Origin: an uncultured Polyangiaceae bacterium
GTDB taxonomy: Bacteria; Desulfobacterota; Binatia; UTPRO1
Length of the DNA: 40,039 nt
NCBI GenBank assembly: GCA_964631985.1
Contig: CAZWAX010000004.1
Coordinates: 1-40,039 of the forward strand
Direction of reading: 5' to 3'
This document shows positions 1 to 8,842 of this stretch, piece after piece. How positions within the stretch are numbered: the first letter of the stretch is position 1; the number at the start of each line of letters is the position of its first letter. The position numbers and the translations under genes are program-made. The notes beneath the pieces are model-generated. The model had not been told where the DNA came from, ran no database searches, and worked only from the letters and a program-made list of their open reading frames with translations.

Positions 1-1566
1 GGTGACCGCGATGCCGGTCGTCCCGCCGCTCGCGGTGACGCCCCGCACGAGCGCGGCCGGCGACGCGAGCGTCAACGTGGTCCCGAGCCCGCGCGCGTCG
101 ACGATCGATCGCCCGTGGCCCGCCCCCAGGATCTCGAGGTCGCGCGTGACGAGCACGTTCTCCCGATAGATGCCGTCGGCGACCGTGATCGTGATGCGCC
201 CGTCGTCGTCCCGATCGGTGGCCGCGGCCGCCGCCTCGGCGAGGCTGCGATAGTCGGCGCGGCCCTTGAGGGCGACGGTCGCGTCGGCGCCGCCGGAATT
301 GCGCTCCGGGTGCGTGCTCACCCCGAGCGACTGGCAGAGCGCGCCGTTCACCAGCACGCGGAGGATGCCGCTCCCCGCGCCCGTCGCCTGGACGGTCACC
401 TTGGCGCCCGTCGCCTTGGCGACGACGACGGGCTCACTCGCGGGCGTCGCGTCGGCATCGGGCGTCAGCGCGATCGGCGCATTGGTCACGAGGCGCGCGG
501 TCAGGCCGGGGATCGGGTCGGTCGGGTTGCCGAAACGGTCGACGGCGACCACGACCAGCTTCACCCGGCCGGCGCTCCCGAGCGTGCCGAGCGTCAACGA
601 CGGCGGCTCGGACGGGAGCCCGCGCCCGCGCGCCGGCTCGACCAGGCGCGCGCAGACCGCCGGGCCGGCGACCGCACGCGCCGTGTCGGTCGTCGGGCTC
701 GCGCCCTTGGTGCGCAGCGCCAACGACAGGACGCCCTGCGGATCCGGAATCGCCGCCGCCCGCAGGCGCGGATTCAACGTCTCGTCGACCGCGAGCGGGC
801 CGACGTCGGTGAAGATGCGGGCCGGGTCGCGTTCGGGGAGGAACGGCTGGGCGGTCGTGATGCCGGGCCCCGTCGGCACGGCACCCTCCAGGATCGCGGG
901 ATCGTACGGACCGGTGAGGGCCGAGGCCGTCGCCACCACCGTGATGCCCCCGCGGCTCGGCGGCCCGCCGACGGCCGCGACGATCGTGCCCTCGGCGCGG
1001 CCGCTGGCGTCGAAGAGCGCGACCTCGGTGCCGATCGGCTCGAGCTCGGCGAGCGCGCGGACGTCGCGCTTGGGATCCTTGCCGGCCGGGCCGATCCAGC
1101 CGTCGCCGTCCCGATCGGCGAAGAGCGTGACGATCGCCGGCAGGCCCACCATGTCGGCGGCTGCGAGCAGATTGCCCGACGGGCGGCCGGACGCGACCGC
1201 GCCGTCGGAGAGATAGACGTGGAACGGGATCGCGACCGCGACGCCACGGAGGCCGGCCGTCGCCGTGACCACGGCGCCGCGCGACGCCGCCGAGCCCGGA
1301 ATCTCCGCGCCGGCAGGCACGGCACCGAGCCGAACCGCCAGATCGATGTCGCCGATCACGGTCGGGTGCACGACGTCGTCGGCGGTACCGACCCGACCGT
1401 CGAGACCGGCGGTCACGAGCGGCTGTCCGGGAAGGATCTCGTAGGGCGCGCTCGTGCTCGGGTCGACCGGGTCGCCGTCGAAGACGACGCTTGCCGCACG
1501 GGCGGGAGTGCCCCCGAAGAGCAGGAACGCGGCGCCCGCGAGCGCGAGGAGGCGTCGGGTCCTCAC
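1..1566 (-). CDS. Large secreted protein with a right-handed parallel beta-helix (pectin-lyase-like) region; runs off the window start
   Basis: Not in the ORF track because it has no stop inside the window. Manual translation from GTG at 1566 (GTGA overlap with the upstream stop at 1563-1565) gives MRTRRLLALAGAAFLLFGGTPARA-ASVVFDGDPVDP..., a signal peptide, and stays open to base 1. It ends ...DYRSLAEAAAAATDRDDDGRITITVADGIYRENVLVTRDLEILGAG..., a typical beta-helix cap (I-x-V-x-x-G-x-Y-x-E). Confidence 0.8.
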   Translation of the reverse strand, partial: MRTRRLLALAGAAFLLFGGTPARAASVVFDGDPVDPSTSAPYEILPGQPLVTAGLDGRVGTADDVVHPTVIGDIDLAVRLGAVPAGAEIPGSAASRGAVVTATAGLRGVAVAIPFHVYLSDGAVASGRPSGNLLAAADMVGLPAIVTLFADRDGDGWIGPAGKDPKRDVRALAELEPIGTEVALFDASGRAEGTIVAAVGGPPSRGGITVVATASALTGPYDPAILEGAVPTGPGITTAQPFLPERDPARIFTDVGPLAVDETLNPRLRAAAIPDPQGVLSLALRTKGASPTTDTARAVAGPAVCARLVEPARGRGLPSEPPSLTLGTLGSAGRVKLVVVAVDRFGNPTDPIPGLTARLVTNAPIALTPDADATPASEPVVVAKATGAKVTVQATGAGSGILRVLVNGALCQSLGVSTHPERNSGGADATVALKGRADYRSLAEAAAAATDRDDDGRITITVADGIYRENVLVTRDLEILGAGHGRSIVDARGLGTTLTLASPAALVRGVTASGGTTGIAVT

Positions 1567-2002
1567 CACGTCACCCCGGCGGCGTTGCTGAAGAGCAGCG
1601 TCCCGTCGTAGTCGGCCTCGAGCCGGACGCTCGCCGCCCCGGCGGCGACGAGCACGGGCGGCAGCACCGCGGTCAGACGGTCGGGCGCGATCCCGATCAC
1701 TCCCGGGGCGCCCGGCACCGGCGCGGGCGGGTCGGCGCCGACTGCGACCGTGACGCTGCCGTCGAGCCCGAGGCGCGCCACCGTGCTGCCGGCGGTGACC
1801 ACGATCGTCACCGGGTAGCCGAGGCGGACGACGTTCTGATGATCGTAGTTGCCGATCACGACGAGCGTGACGGCGCCGTCGTTGGTCGACGCCGTCACCG
1901 TCGCGATCGCGAGCGCCGGCTCGGTCGAGCCGGCGAAGCTCGGCGGCGCGGACGTCAGGACCAGCACGGCGAGCGCCGCCGCCCACGCGAGCGTCCGGCG
2001 CA

Positions 2003-2003
<1 letters not shown>
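1563..2003 (-). CDS. Small secreted hypothetical protein (146 aa, beta-rich)
   Basis: C-terminal part of ORF 1563..4124. The ATG at 2003 overlaps the regulator stop (TGATG). Signal peptide MRRTLAWAAALAVLVLTSAPPSFA. Confidence 0.8.
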
Positions 2004-3469
<1,466 letters not shown>

Positions 3470-3494
3470 GAAGGGAACCATTCCCGCGGGAGAG

Positions 3495-3511
3495 AGCAAC
3501 TTTCGTTCCGG
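3495..3511 (-). promoter_or_regulatory. Sigma54 (-24/-12) promoter
   Basis: The minus strand reads CCGGAACGAAAGTTGCT, i.e. GG-N10-GC, matching the TGGCACG-N4-TTGC(A/T) consensus, about 25 nt upstream of ATG 3469. Confidence 0.75.
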
Positions 3512-3580
3512 CAATGCGCCGCCGCAGGCGCGGCTTTCCTAGCAGATGCCGACGCGAGTCGCGACGGAATTCCCGTGGAC

Positions 3581-3616
3581 TGCGGGATATCCCCCACCCC
3601 TGCGTGATCTCACCCA
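3581..3616. promoter_or_regulatory. Tandem pseudo-palindromic enhancer (UAS)-like sites
   Basis: TGCGGGATATCCCCCA (3581-3596) and TGCGTGATCTCACCCA (3601-3616). Each is a near-palindrome, they have a 20 bp period, and they lie 70-105 bp upstream of the -24 element. Confidence 0.65.
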
Positions 3617-3710
3617 TGCGAAGGTCCCTCAACGAGGCTTTCCAATGGATGCGAAGCCGCCGGAACGACCGGTTCGCCTCGGCGGCGCGATGCGCTAAGG
3701 GTCGGCGCCC

Positions 3711-4097
3711 GTGCGCCCCCAACCATTGATAGCCGTCGCCGACGTCGAAGCGAGCAGCCGCTGGTACCGCGAGCTGCTCGGGTGTCGCAGCGTGCATGGC
3801 GGACGCGAGTACGAGCGGCTCGTCGATGCCGACGACACGCTCGTCCTGCAACTCCACGCCTGGGATGCCCACGAGCATCCCCACCTCGGGGATCCCGCCG
3901 TGGCCGGGCGTGGCAACGGCGTGCTGCTGTGGTTTCAGGTCGACGATTTCGACGCCGCCGTGACCCGCGCCACTGCCCTCGGCGCGACCATCTGCGAGGG
4001 CCCGCACACCAACCCGAACGCCCACCACCGCGAGATCTGGATCCGCGACCCCGACGGCTACGTCGTCGTGCTCGCGAGCCCGTACGGCCAGGTGTAG
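3711..4097 (+). CDS. VOC family (glyoxalase/bleomycin resistance) protein
   Basis: PLIAVADVEASSRWYRELLG, LWFQVDDFDAA and REIWIRDPDGYVV are standard VOC motifs. Confidence 0.9.
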   Translation: MRPQPLIAVADVEASSRWYRELLGCRSVHGGREYERLVDADDTLVLQLHAWDAHEHPHLGDPAVAGRGNGVLLWFQVDDFDAAVTRATALGATICEGPHTNPNAHHREIWIRDPDGYVVVLASPYGQV

Positions 4098-4162
4098 GGC
4101 TCCTCGAGGGCGCCCCCCTTGCATGCGACGAGCAAGATCTGGTCGTCTGCGGGTCAGGAGGA

Positions 4163-4999
4163 ATGAGCATGCCGACTGGCGGGTGCCTCTGCGGCGCGGT
4201 CCGCTTCGAGATCGACGGCGCCATCGGTCCGATCACGTGTTGCCACTGCTCGCGCTGTCGCCGGGCCTCGGGCTCGGCGTTCGCGGCCGCGGCCTCGGTC
4301 GACGCCGACTGCTTCCACGTCGTCGCCGGGACGGATCTGCTCTGCGAGTACGAGTCGTCGCCGCAGAACCACCGCGTCTCGTGCGCGCGCTGCGGCTCGC
4401 AGCTCTACAGTCAGGACGAGCACTTTCCGATCGTGCGCGTGCGCGTCGGCGCGCTCGACGACGACCCGGGAAGCGGGGTTGCCGCGCACTTCATGATGAG
4501 CTCGAAGGCCCCGTGGTTCGACGTCGCCGACGGCGTCGAGCAGTTCGCCGAGCTGGCACCGATCTCGTACTTCCTGCCCGACGCCACCCTCACCCGCCGC
4601 CCCTCGGGACCGGCCCCGCGGCCAACCGTCGCGCTCGTGACCCACGTCTATCAGGCCTTCCGCGACCGCGATCTCCCGACGATCTTCGGTCTGCTGGCAC
4701 CCGACGTCGAGATCACCCAGGCGAGCGAGATCCCCTGGGGCGGCACCTACCGCGGCCACGAGCAAGCCGCGGCCTTCTTCGGGAAGCTCGTGCAGACCAT
4801 CACGTCGGCCGTCACGCTCGAACGTTTCGTCGACGCCGGCGAGCAGGTCGTGGCGATCGGTCGGACGCGCGGCACGGTGAACGCGACCGGCAAGGCATTC
4901 GACGTACAGATCGCGCACGTCTGGACGGTGCGCGATGGCCTCGTCCGCCGCGTCGAGTATTACATCGACGACCCGACGATGCTGGCGGCGTTCACCTGA
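4163..4999 (+). CDS. GFA/CENP-V Zn-binding domain fused to a SnoaL/NTF2-like domain
   Basis: RBS AGGAGG before ATG 4163/4169. GFA motifs GGCLCGAVRF, CCHCSRCRR and CARCGS; then the NTF2-like VYQAFRDRDL...GGTYRGHE...HVWTVRDGLVRRVEYYID. Confidence 0.85.
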   Translation: MSMPTGGCLCGAVRFEIDGAIGPITCCHCSRCRRASGSAFAAAASVDADCFHVVAGTDLLCEYESSPQNHRVSCARCGSQLYSQDEHFPIVRVRVGALDDDPGSGVAAHFMMSSKAPWFDVADGVEQFAELAPISYFLPDATLTRRPSGPAPRPTVALVTHVYQAFRDRDLPTIFGLLAPDVEITQASEIPWGGTYRGHEQAAAFFGKLVQTITSAVTLERFVDAGEQVVAIGRTRGTVNATGKAFDVQIAHVWTVRDGLVRRVEYYIDDPTMLAAFT

Positions 5000-5005
5000 A
5001 CGCCG

Positions 5006-5019
5006 AGGCGGCGCCGCCT
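5006..5019. terminator. Perfect 14-bp palindrome between convergent genes (possible terminator stem)
   Basis: AGGCGGCGCCGCCT lies between the stops at 4999 and 5020. No clear U-tract. Confidence 0.3.
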
Positions 5020-5451
5020 TCAGCTCACGAGAAATTCCACGCGGCGGCGCCGGCATACGTCGACGAAGTCCCGTTGGTTGAAGGTGGCCAGATAGGCCAC
5101 CCGAATCTCGACGTCATCGATCAGTAGCCGAATCAAGCAATCGACCATGCTCAACGGCCTGGAGCCTCGAAGCGAAGACTCGAAGGCGAGGGCAAGTGCG
5201 TCCTCGCGATACGCCAGATCGTCGACGATCTCGACGTTCGGCGCTTTCAGCAACCGCTCGAACCGGGACAACGCAATCGCTTTCTTGACGAATCTGGTTC
5301 GCAAGGTCTCATAGAGCGTGGGCCACGGAACGACGACCCTGAGGTGTTCAAGACGGTCAGCGATGTCGTCGGCGATCGCCCGGTCAGCCATCGGATCCCT
5401 CGCGTCGCACAATGCGTACCATACGCCCGTATCGGCGATGACCCGCTGCAT
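5020..5451 (-). CDS. PIN-domain (VapC-like) ribonuclease
   Basis: PIN acidic motifs IADTGVWYAL, TLYETL, LSMVDCL and ATFNQRDF; 143 aa. Confidence 0.88.
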   Translation of the reverse strand: MQRVIADTGVWYALCDARDPMADRAIADDIADRLEHLRVVVPWPTLYETLRTRFVKKAIALSRFERLLKAPNVEIVDDLAYREDALALAFESSLRGSRPLSMVDCLIRLLIDDVEIRVAYLATFNQRDFVDVCRRRRVEFLVS

Positions 5452-5454
5452 CGC

Positions 5455-5787
5455 TCAGACCTCGTCGTCCGCCTGATTGCTCCCGTTATGCGCGAACCCG
5501 GTCCAAGGCGCAGCCCTGCGACCACCGAAGAGGAAGACACCTTTGTTCTTCTTCGTCACCGGATCACGGTAGATCAGGTAGATACGGGTACGCTTGCTGA
5601 TCTCGATGGCCTCGCCGATCTCGGCCCTGAGACGGTCCACGAGAGACCCCGAGTACCCGTACGTCAGTACGGCCAATGATTCGACACATTCCTCGGCCCC
5701 GTGACTGTCGAGCCAGGCGTAGAAGCTCTCATAGTCTCCGCGAACACCAAGATCGTACGACAACCAGATCGTGCTCTTTCGAGTCAT
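5455..5787 (-). CDS. Small protein with a Cas2/VapD-like N-terminus; probable partner of the PIN nuclease
   Basis: MTRKSTIWLSYDLGVRGDYESFYAWLDSHGAEECVES...: a hydrophobic beta1 strand ending in SYD(L), as in ferredoxin-fold Cas2/VapD proteins. The stop is 3 nt before the PIN ATG. The fold assignment is by eye. Confidence 0.7.
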   Translation of the reverse strand: MTRKSTIWLSYDLGVRGDYESFYAWLDSHGAEECVESLAVLTYGYSGSLVDRLRAEIGEAIEISKRTRIYLIYRDPVTKKNKGVFLFGGRRAAPWTGFAHNGSNQADDEV

Positions 5788-5878
5788 GGCACCACGTCGC
5801 GCGCGCTGCGTCACCTACGTACCTACCTCGTCGCTACGAAGCTTCAGTGCAAGATCTACTCGCAGCTCGCATCGTTCC

Positions 5879-6913
5879 CTACGGCACCATTCGATCCGGC
5901 CCCAAGCGCACGAGCATCTTCCCCGCGTTGGCGCCCGTGAAGAGCCCGAGGAACGCCTGCGGTGCGTTGGCGATGCCGTCGACGATCGTCTCTTCCCACT
6001 TGATCTTGCCGTCGCGGATCCACTGGCCCATGTCGCCGAAGAAGGCCGGCACCATGTCGATGTAGTTCGAGACGATGAAGCCCTGCATCGTGAGGCTCTT
6101 GCCGACGACGAGGATGATGTTGCGCGGGCCGGGCGGCGGCTCGGTCGCGTTGTACTGGCTGATCATGCCGCAGGCGACGATGCGGCCGAGGCGGTTCATG
6201 AGCTCGAGGGCGACCTCGAGGTGCTCGCCGCCGACGTTCTCGAAGTAGATGTCGATGCCCTTCGGTGCTGCCTGCTTCACGGCCGCGCCGAGGTTGCCGC
6301 AGGTCTTGTAGTTCACGACCGCGTCGACGCCGGCTTCCCGCTTCAGCCACGCGGCCTTCTCGTCCGAGCCGACCGAGCCGATGACGGTGCAGCCCTTGGC
6401 CTTGGCGATCTGACAGACGACCGAGCCGACCGCGCCGGCCGCCGCCGACACGAAGACCGTCTCGCCCGCCTTCGGCTGCCCGATCCGGAGAAAGCCCGAG
6501 TAGGCCGTGAGGCCCGGCATGCCGAGCACGCCGAGATAGGCCTGGAGCGGCGCCAACGCCGGGTCGACCTTCTGCATCATCGTGCCGTCGGACACCCAGT
6601 GCTCGCGCCACCCGCCGGTCGCGAAGCCGCAGACGTAGTCGCCGGCCGCGAAGCCCGGGTGCTCCGACGCGACCACCTGCCCGACCGAGCCGCCGTCGAG
6701 CACCTGCCCGACCTGGAACGGCGGGATGTAGCTCTCGCGGTCCATCATGCGGCCGCGCATGTACGGGTCGACCGACATGAAGACGTTCCGCACCAGGAAC
6801 TGCCCGGCGGCGGGCGTCGGCATGGGCGTTTCGACGAGCTGGAAATCGGCGGCGGTCGGCGTGCCGACGGGGCGGCGCTTCAGATGGATCTCGCGATTGG
6901 TCGTGGCGCTCAT
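5879..6913 (-). CDS. NADP-dependent oxidoreductase (MDR family, prostaglandin/curcumin reductase-like)
   Basis: MSATTNREIHLKRRPVG, SVDPYMRGRM, LGMPGLTAY, VSAAAGAVGS, YFENVGG, CGMISQYN and GKMLV. Confidence 0.93.
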   Translation of the reverse strand: MSATTNREIHLKRRPVGTPTAADFQLVETPMPTPAAGQFLVRNVFMSVDPYMRGRMMDRESYIPPFQVGQVLDGGSVGQVVASEHPGFAAGDYVCGFATGGWREHWVSDGTMMQKVDPALAPLQAYLGVLGMPGLTAYSGFLRIGQPKAGETVFVSAAAGAVGSVVCQIAKAKGCTVIGSVGSDEKAAWLKREAGVDAVVNYKTCGNLGAAVKQAAPKGIDIYFENVGGEHLEVALELMNRLGRIVACGMISQYNATEPPPGPRNIILVVGKSLTMQGFIVSNYIDMVPAFFGDMGQWIRDGKIKWEETIVDGIANAPQAFLGLFTGANAGKMLVRLGPDRMVP

Positions 6914-6982
6914 GGGCTTTCCTCCGGGCGCGCACTGTCCCATGCGCCCCCGGACGATGCGAGGCGGCTCCTGCGATTTTCC

Positions 6983-7753
6983 TTGACCCCCGCGGGTGGG
7001 GAGAGTGATCTCGCCAACGACCTCGACTGCACCGGGCTGGCGGCGCCAGCCGTCAGGATCACGCACGGCGCCCTCAATCTGCGCGGCTTCAACGTCAAGG
7101 GTGGAACGGTCGGGATCCAATGTGACTCCACCTGCAAGATCCGCGGGGCCGGCACCGTCAGCGACGCGCTGATCGGGATCAACGCGTACGGCAGGCTCAG
7201 GCTGGTCGGCGTCGACGTGACGAACAACACGACGATGGGCGTGCAATGCTACACGGGTTGCGAAGTCTCCAGCGGGTCCATCAGCAACAACGGTGATCCG
7301 CTCGAGGAGAGTTTCGGACATGGGATCACGTCCACCGGAACCCTCAAGCTCGACGGCGTCACGATCGCCGACAACACCGGGCACGGCATCCAGGTCGGCA
7401 GCTACCCGCAGCCACGAGGCAAGGTGAAGGCGCGGAACACCACCGTGACCGGCAATCGCAACGGGATCGTCGCCGACCACGCCGCGGAGCTCAAGCACTC
7501 CGTGGTCACGGGCAACCGCGAGGTCGGGGTCAGCGTCGGCGAGGCCGGCTGTCACGGCGCAGGCAGGCTCAAGCTGAAGGACACGAGCGTCCTGACGGGC
7601 AACGGCACGAGCGGTGACTGCGGAACGACGGTCGCCTGCGCCGATCTCGCGGCCTGCAAGGAGCCGAAGGTGAAGCTCTCGACCTGCAATACGAGCTACG
7701 TCATCGACTCCGGCATTCCGGGGTCGGACTGGGACGCCTGCACGGCGGATTGA
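6983..7753 (+). CDS. Right-handed beta-helix repeat protein, apparently 5'-truncated (no signal peptide or clear start)
   Basis: DLANDLDCTG...LNLRGFNV, followed by parallel beta-helix repeats (VTNNTTMGV, ISNNG, IADNTGHGI, VTGNRNGI, VTGNREVGV) and a Cys-rich end. The only nearby in-frame start is TTG 6983. Confidence 0.65.
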   Translation: MTPAGGESDLANDLDCTGLAAPAVRITHGALNLRGFNVKGGTVGIQCDSTCKIRGAGTVSDALIGINAYGRLRLVGVDVTNNTTMGVQCYTGCEVSSGSISNNGDPLEESFGHGITSTGTLKLDGVTIADNTGHGIQVGSYPQPRGKVKARNTTVTGNRNGIVADHAAELKHSVVTGNREVGVSVGEAGCHGAGRLKLKDTSVLTGNGTSGDCGTTVACADLAACKEPKVKLSTCNTSYVIDSGIPGSDWDACTAD

Positions 7754-7813
7754 CGCAGCGTAGATTCCCGGCTCGCGCTTGGCTCGGCGCCGTACATCGC
7801 CTAAGCCACGCGC

Positions 7814-8794
7814 GTGGCGCGTTTCGTCGGGTTGTGGTTCCGCACGTTCTTCCAGGTCCTGCTCGCCCGGGTTCGACGCGGACCGCTCCGACCGAGCTGG
7901 TCGCTGTTGCTGGAGACGACGGTCGCGTTCCTGCGCGCCGACTTCGTGGAGCTCGCGACCTGGTCCGTTCCCGCCGCGCGCGCGGCGCAGGAGGCGCGAC
8001 CGCTGCCGCGCGACGCGATCGCGCGCGTCCGGCGCAGCGTCGTCGCCGACGGCGCGCTCCGCGGGGAATGGATCCGGAGCGTGGCCGCCCTGGAGCCCGC
8101 GAGCGGCGTCGTCCTCTACCTGCACGGCGGCTCGTATCTCTTCGGGTCGCCGCGCACGCACGCCGACACGCTGGCGCGCCTCGCGCTCGCGACTGATCGC
8201 CCCGTGCTCGCGCCGGAGTATCGCCTGGCCCCCGAGCATCGCTATCCCGCGCAGCTCGAGGACGCGCTCGCCGCGCTCCGCGGTCTCGAGGCGATGGGCG
8301 TGCCGCGGGCGCGCATCGTCGTCGCGGGCGAGAGTGCCGGCGGCAATCTCGCCCTGGCACTCGCCCTGGCCCTCCGCGACCGCGGCGAGCCGCAGCCGGC
8401 TGCGCTGGCGCTGATCTCCCCGTGGCTCGACCTCACGTCGAGCGCCGACTCGCATCGGCGGAACGCGCCCTACGACTACGGCACCGCCGAGATGCTGCGC
8501 GCGCAAGCGCGGCTCTTCGCCGGCGCGCTGCCGCTCGACGATCCGCGGCTCTCGATCGGGCTCGCCGACCCGAGCGGCATCGCGCCGACCCTGCTGCAGG
8601 TGGGCACGGCCGAGCTGTTGCTCGACGAATGCCGGGCCTGGGCGGCACGCGCGCGGGCGGCCGGCGTCGATCTCGTCGTCGACGAGCCGCCCGACATGCC
8701 GCACGCCCCGCCGTTCTTCGCGTCGGTGTCCGCGCAGGGGCAAGCGGCGGTCGACGCGGTGGGACGCTTCATCCGGGCCAGGCTCGGCGGGTGA
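7814..8794 (+). CDS. Alpha/beta hydrolase, HSL-family esterase/lipase
   Basis: YLHGGSY oxyanion motif, YRLAPEH, GESAGG nucleophile, GTAELLLD and MPHA. Confidence 0.92.
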   Translation: MARFVGLWFRTFFQVLLARVRRGPLRPSWSLLLETTVAFLRADFVELATWSVPAARAAQEARPLPRDAIARVRRSVVADGALRGEWIRSVAALEPASGVVLYLHGGSYLFGSPRTHADTLARLALATDRPVLAPEYRLAPEHRYPAQLEDALAALRGLEAMGVPRARIVVAGESAGGNLALALALALRDRGEPQPAALALISPWLDLTSSADSHRRNAPYDYGTAEMLRAQARLFAGALPLDDPRLSIGLADPSGIAPTLLQVGTAELLLDECRAWAARARAAGVDLVVDEPPDMPHAPPFFASVSAQGQAAVDAVGRFIRARLGG

Positions 8795-8842
8795 CGCCTG
8801 ATCGGTAGACGCGCACCGCTCCGACGGGCACCCTGCACGAGG

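Noticed and set aside
115-1611. Long plus-strand ORFs (498 aa and 316 aa)
   Set aside because: Arg/Ala-rich shadows of the real minus-strand gene 1..1566; long shadow ORFs are expected at this GC content.
5455-5787. CRISPR-Cas locus suggested by the Cas2-like motif
   Set aside because: No cas1, other cas genes or repeat-spacer array seen anywhere in the window.
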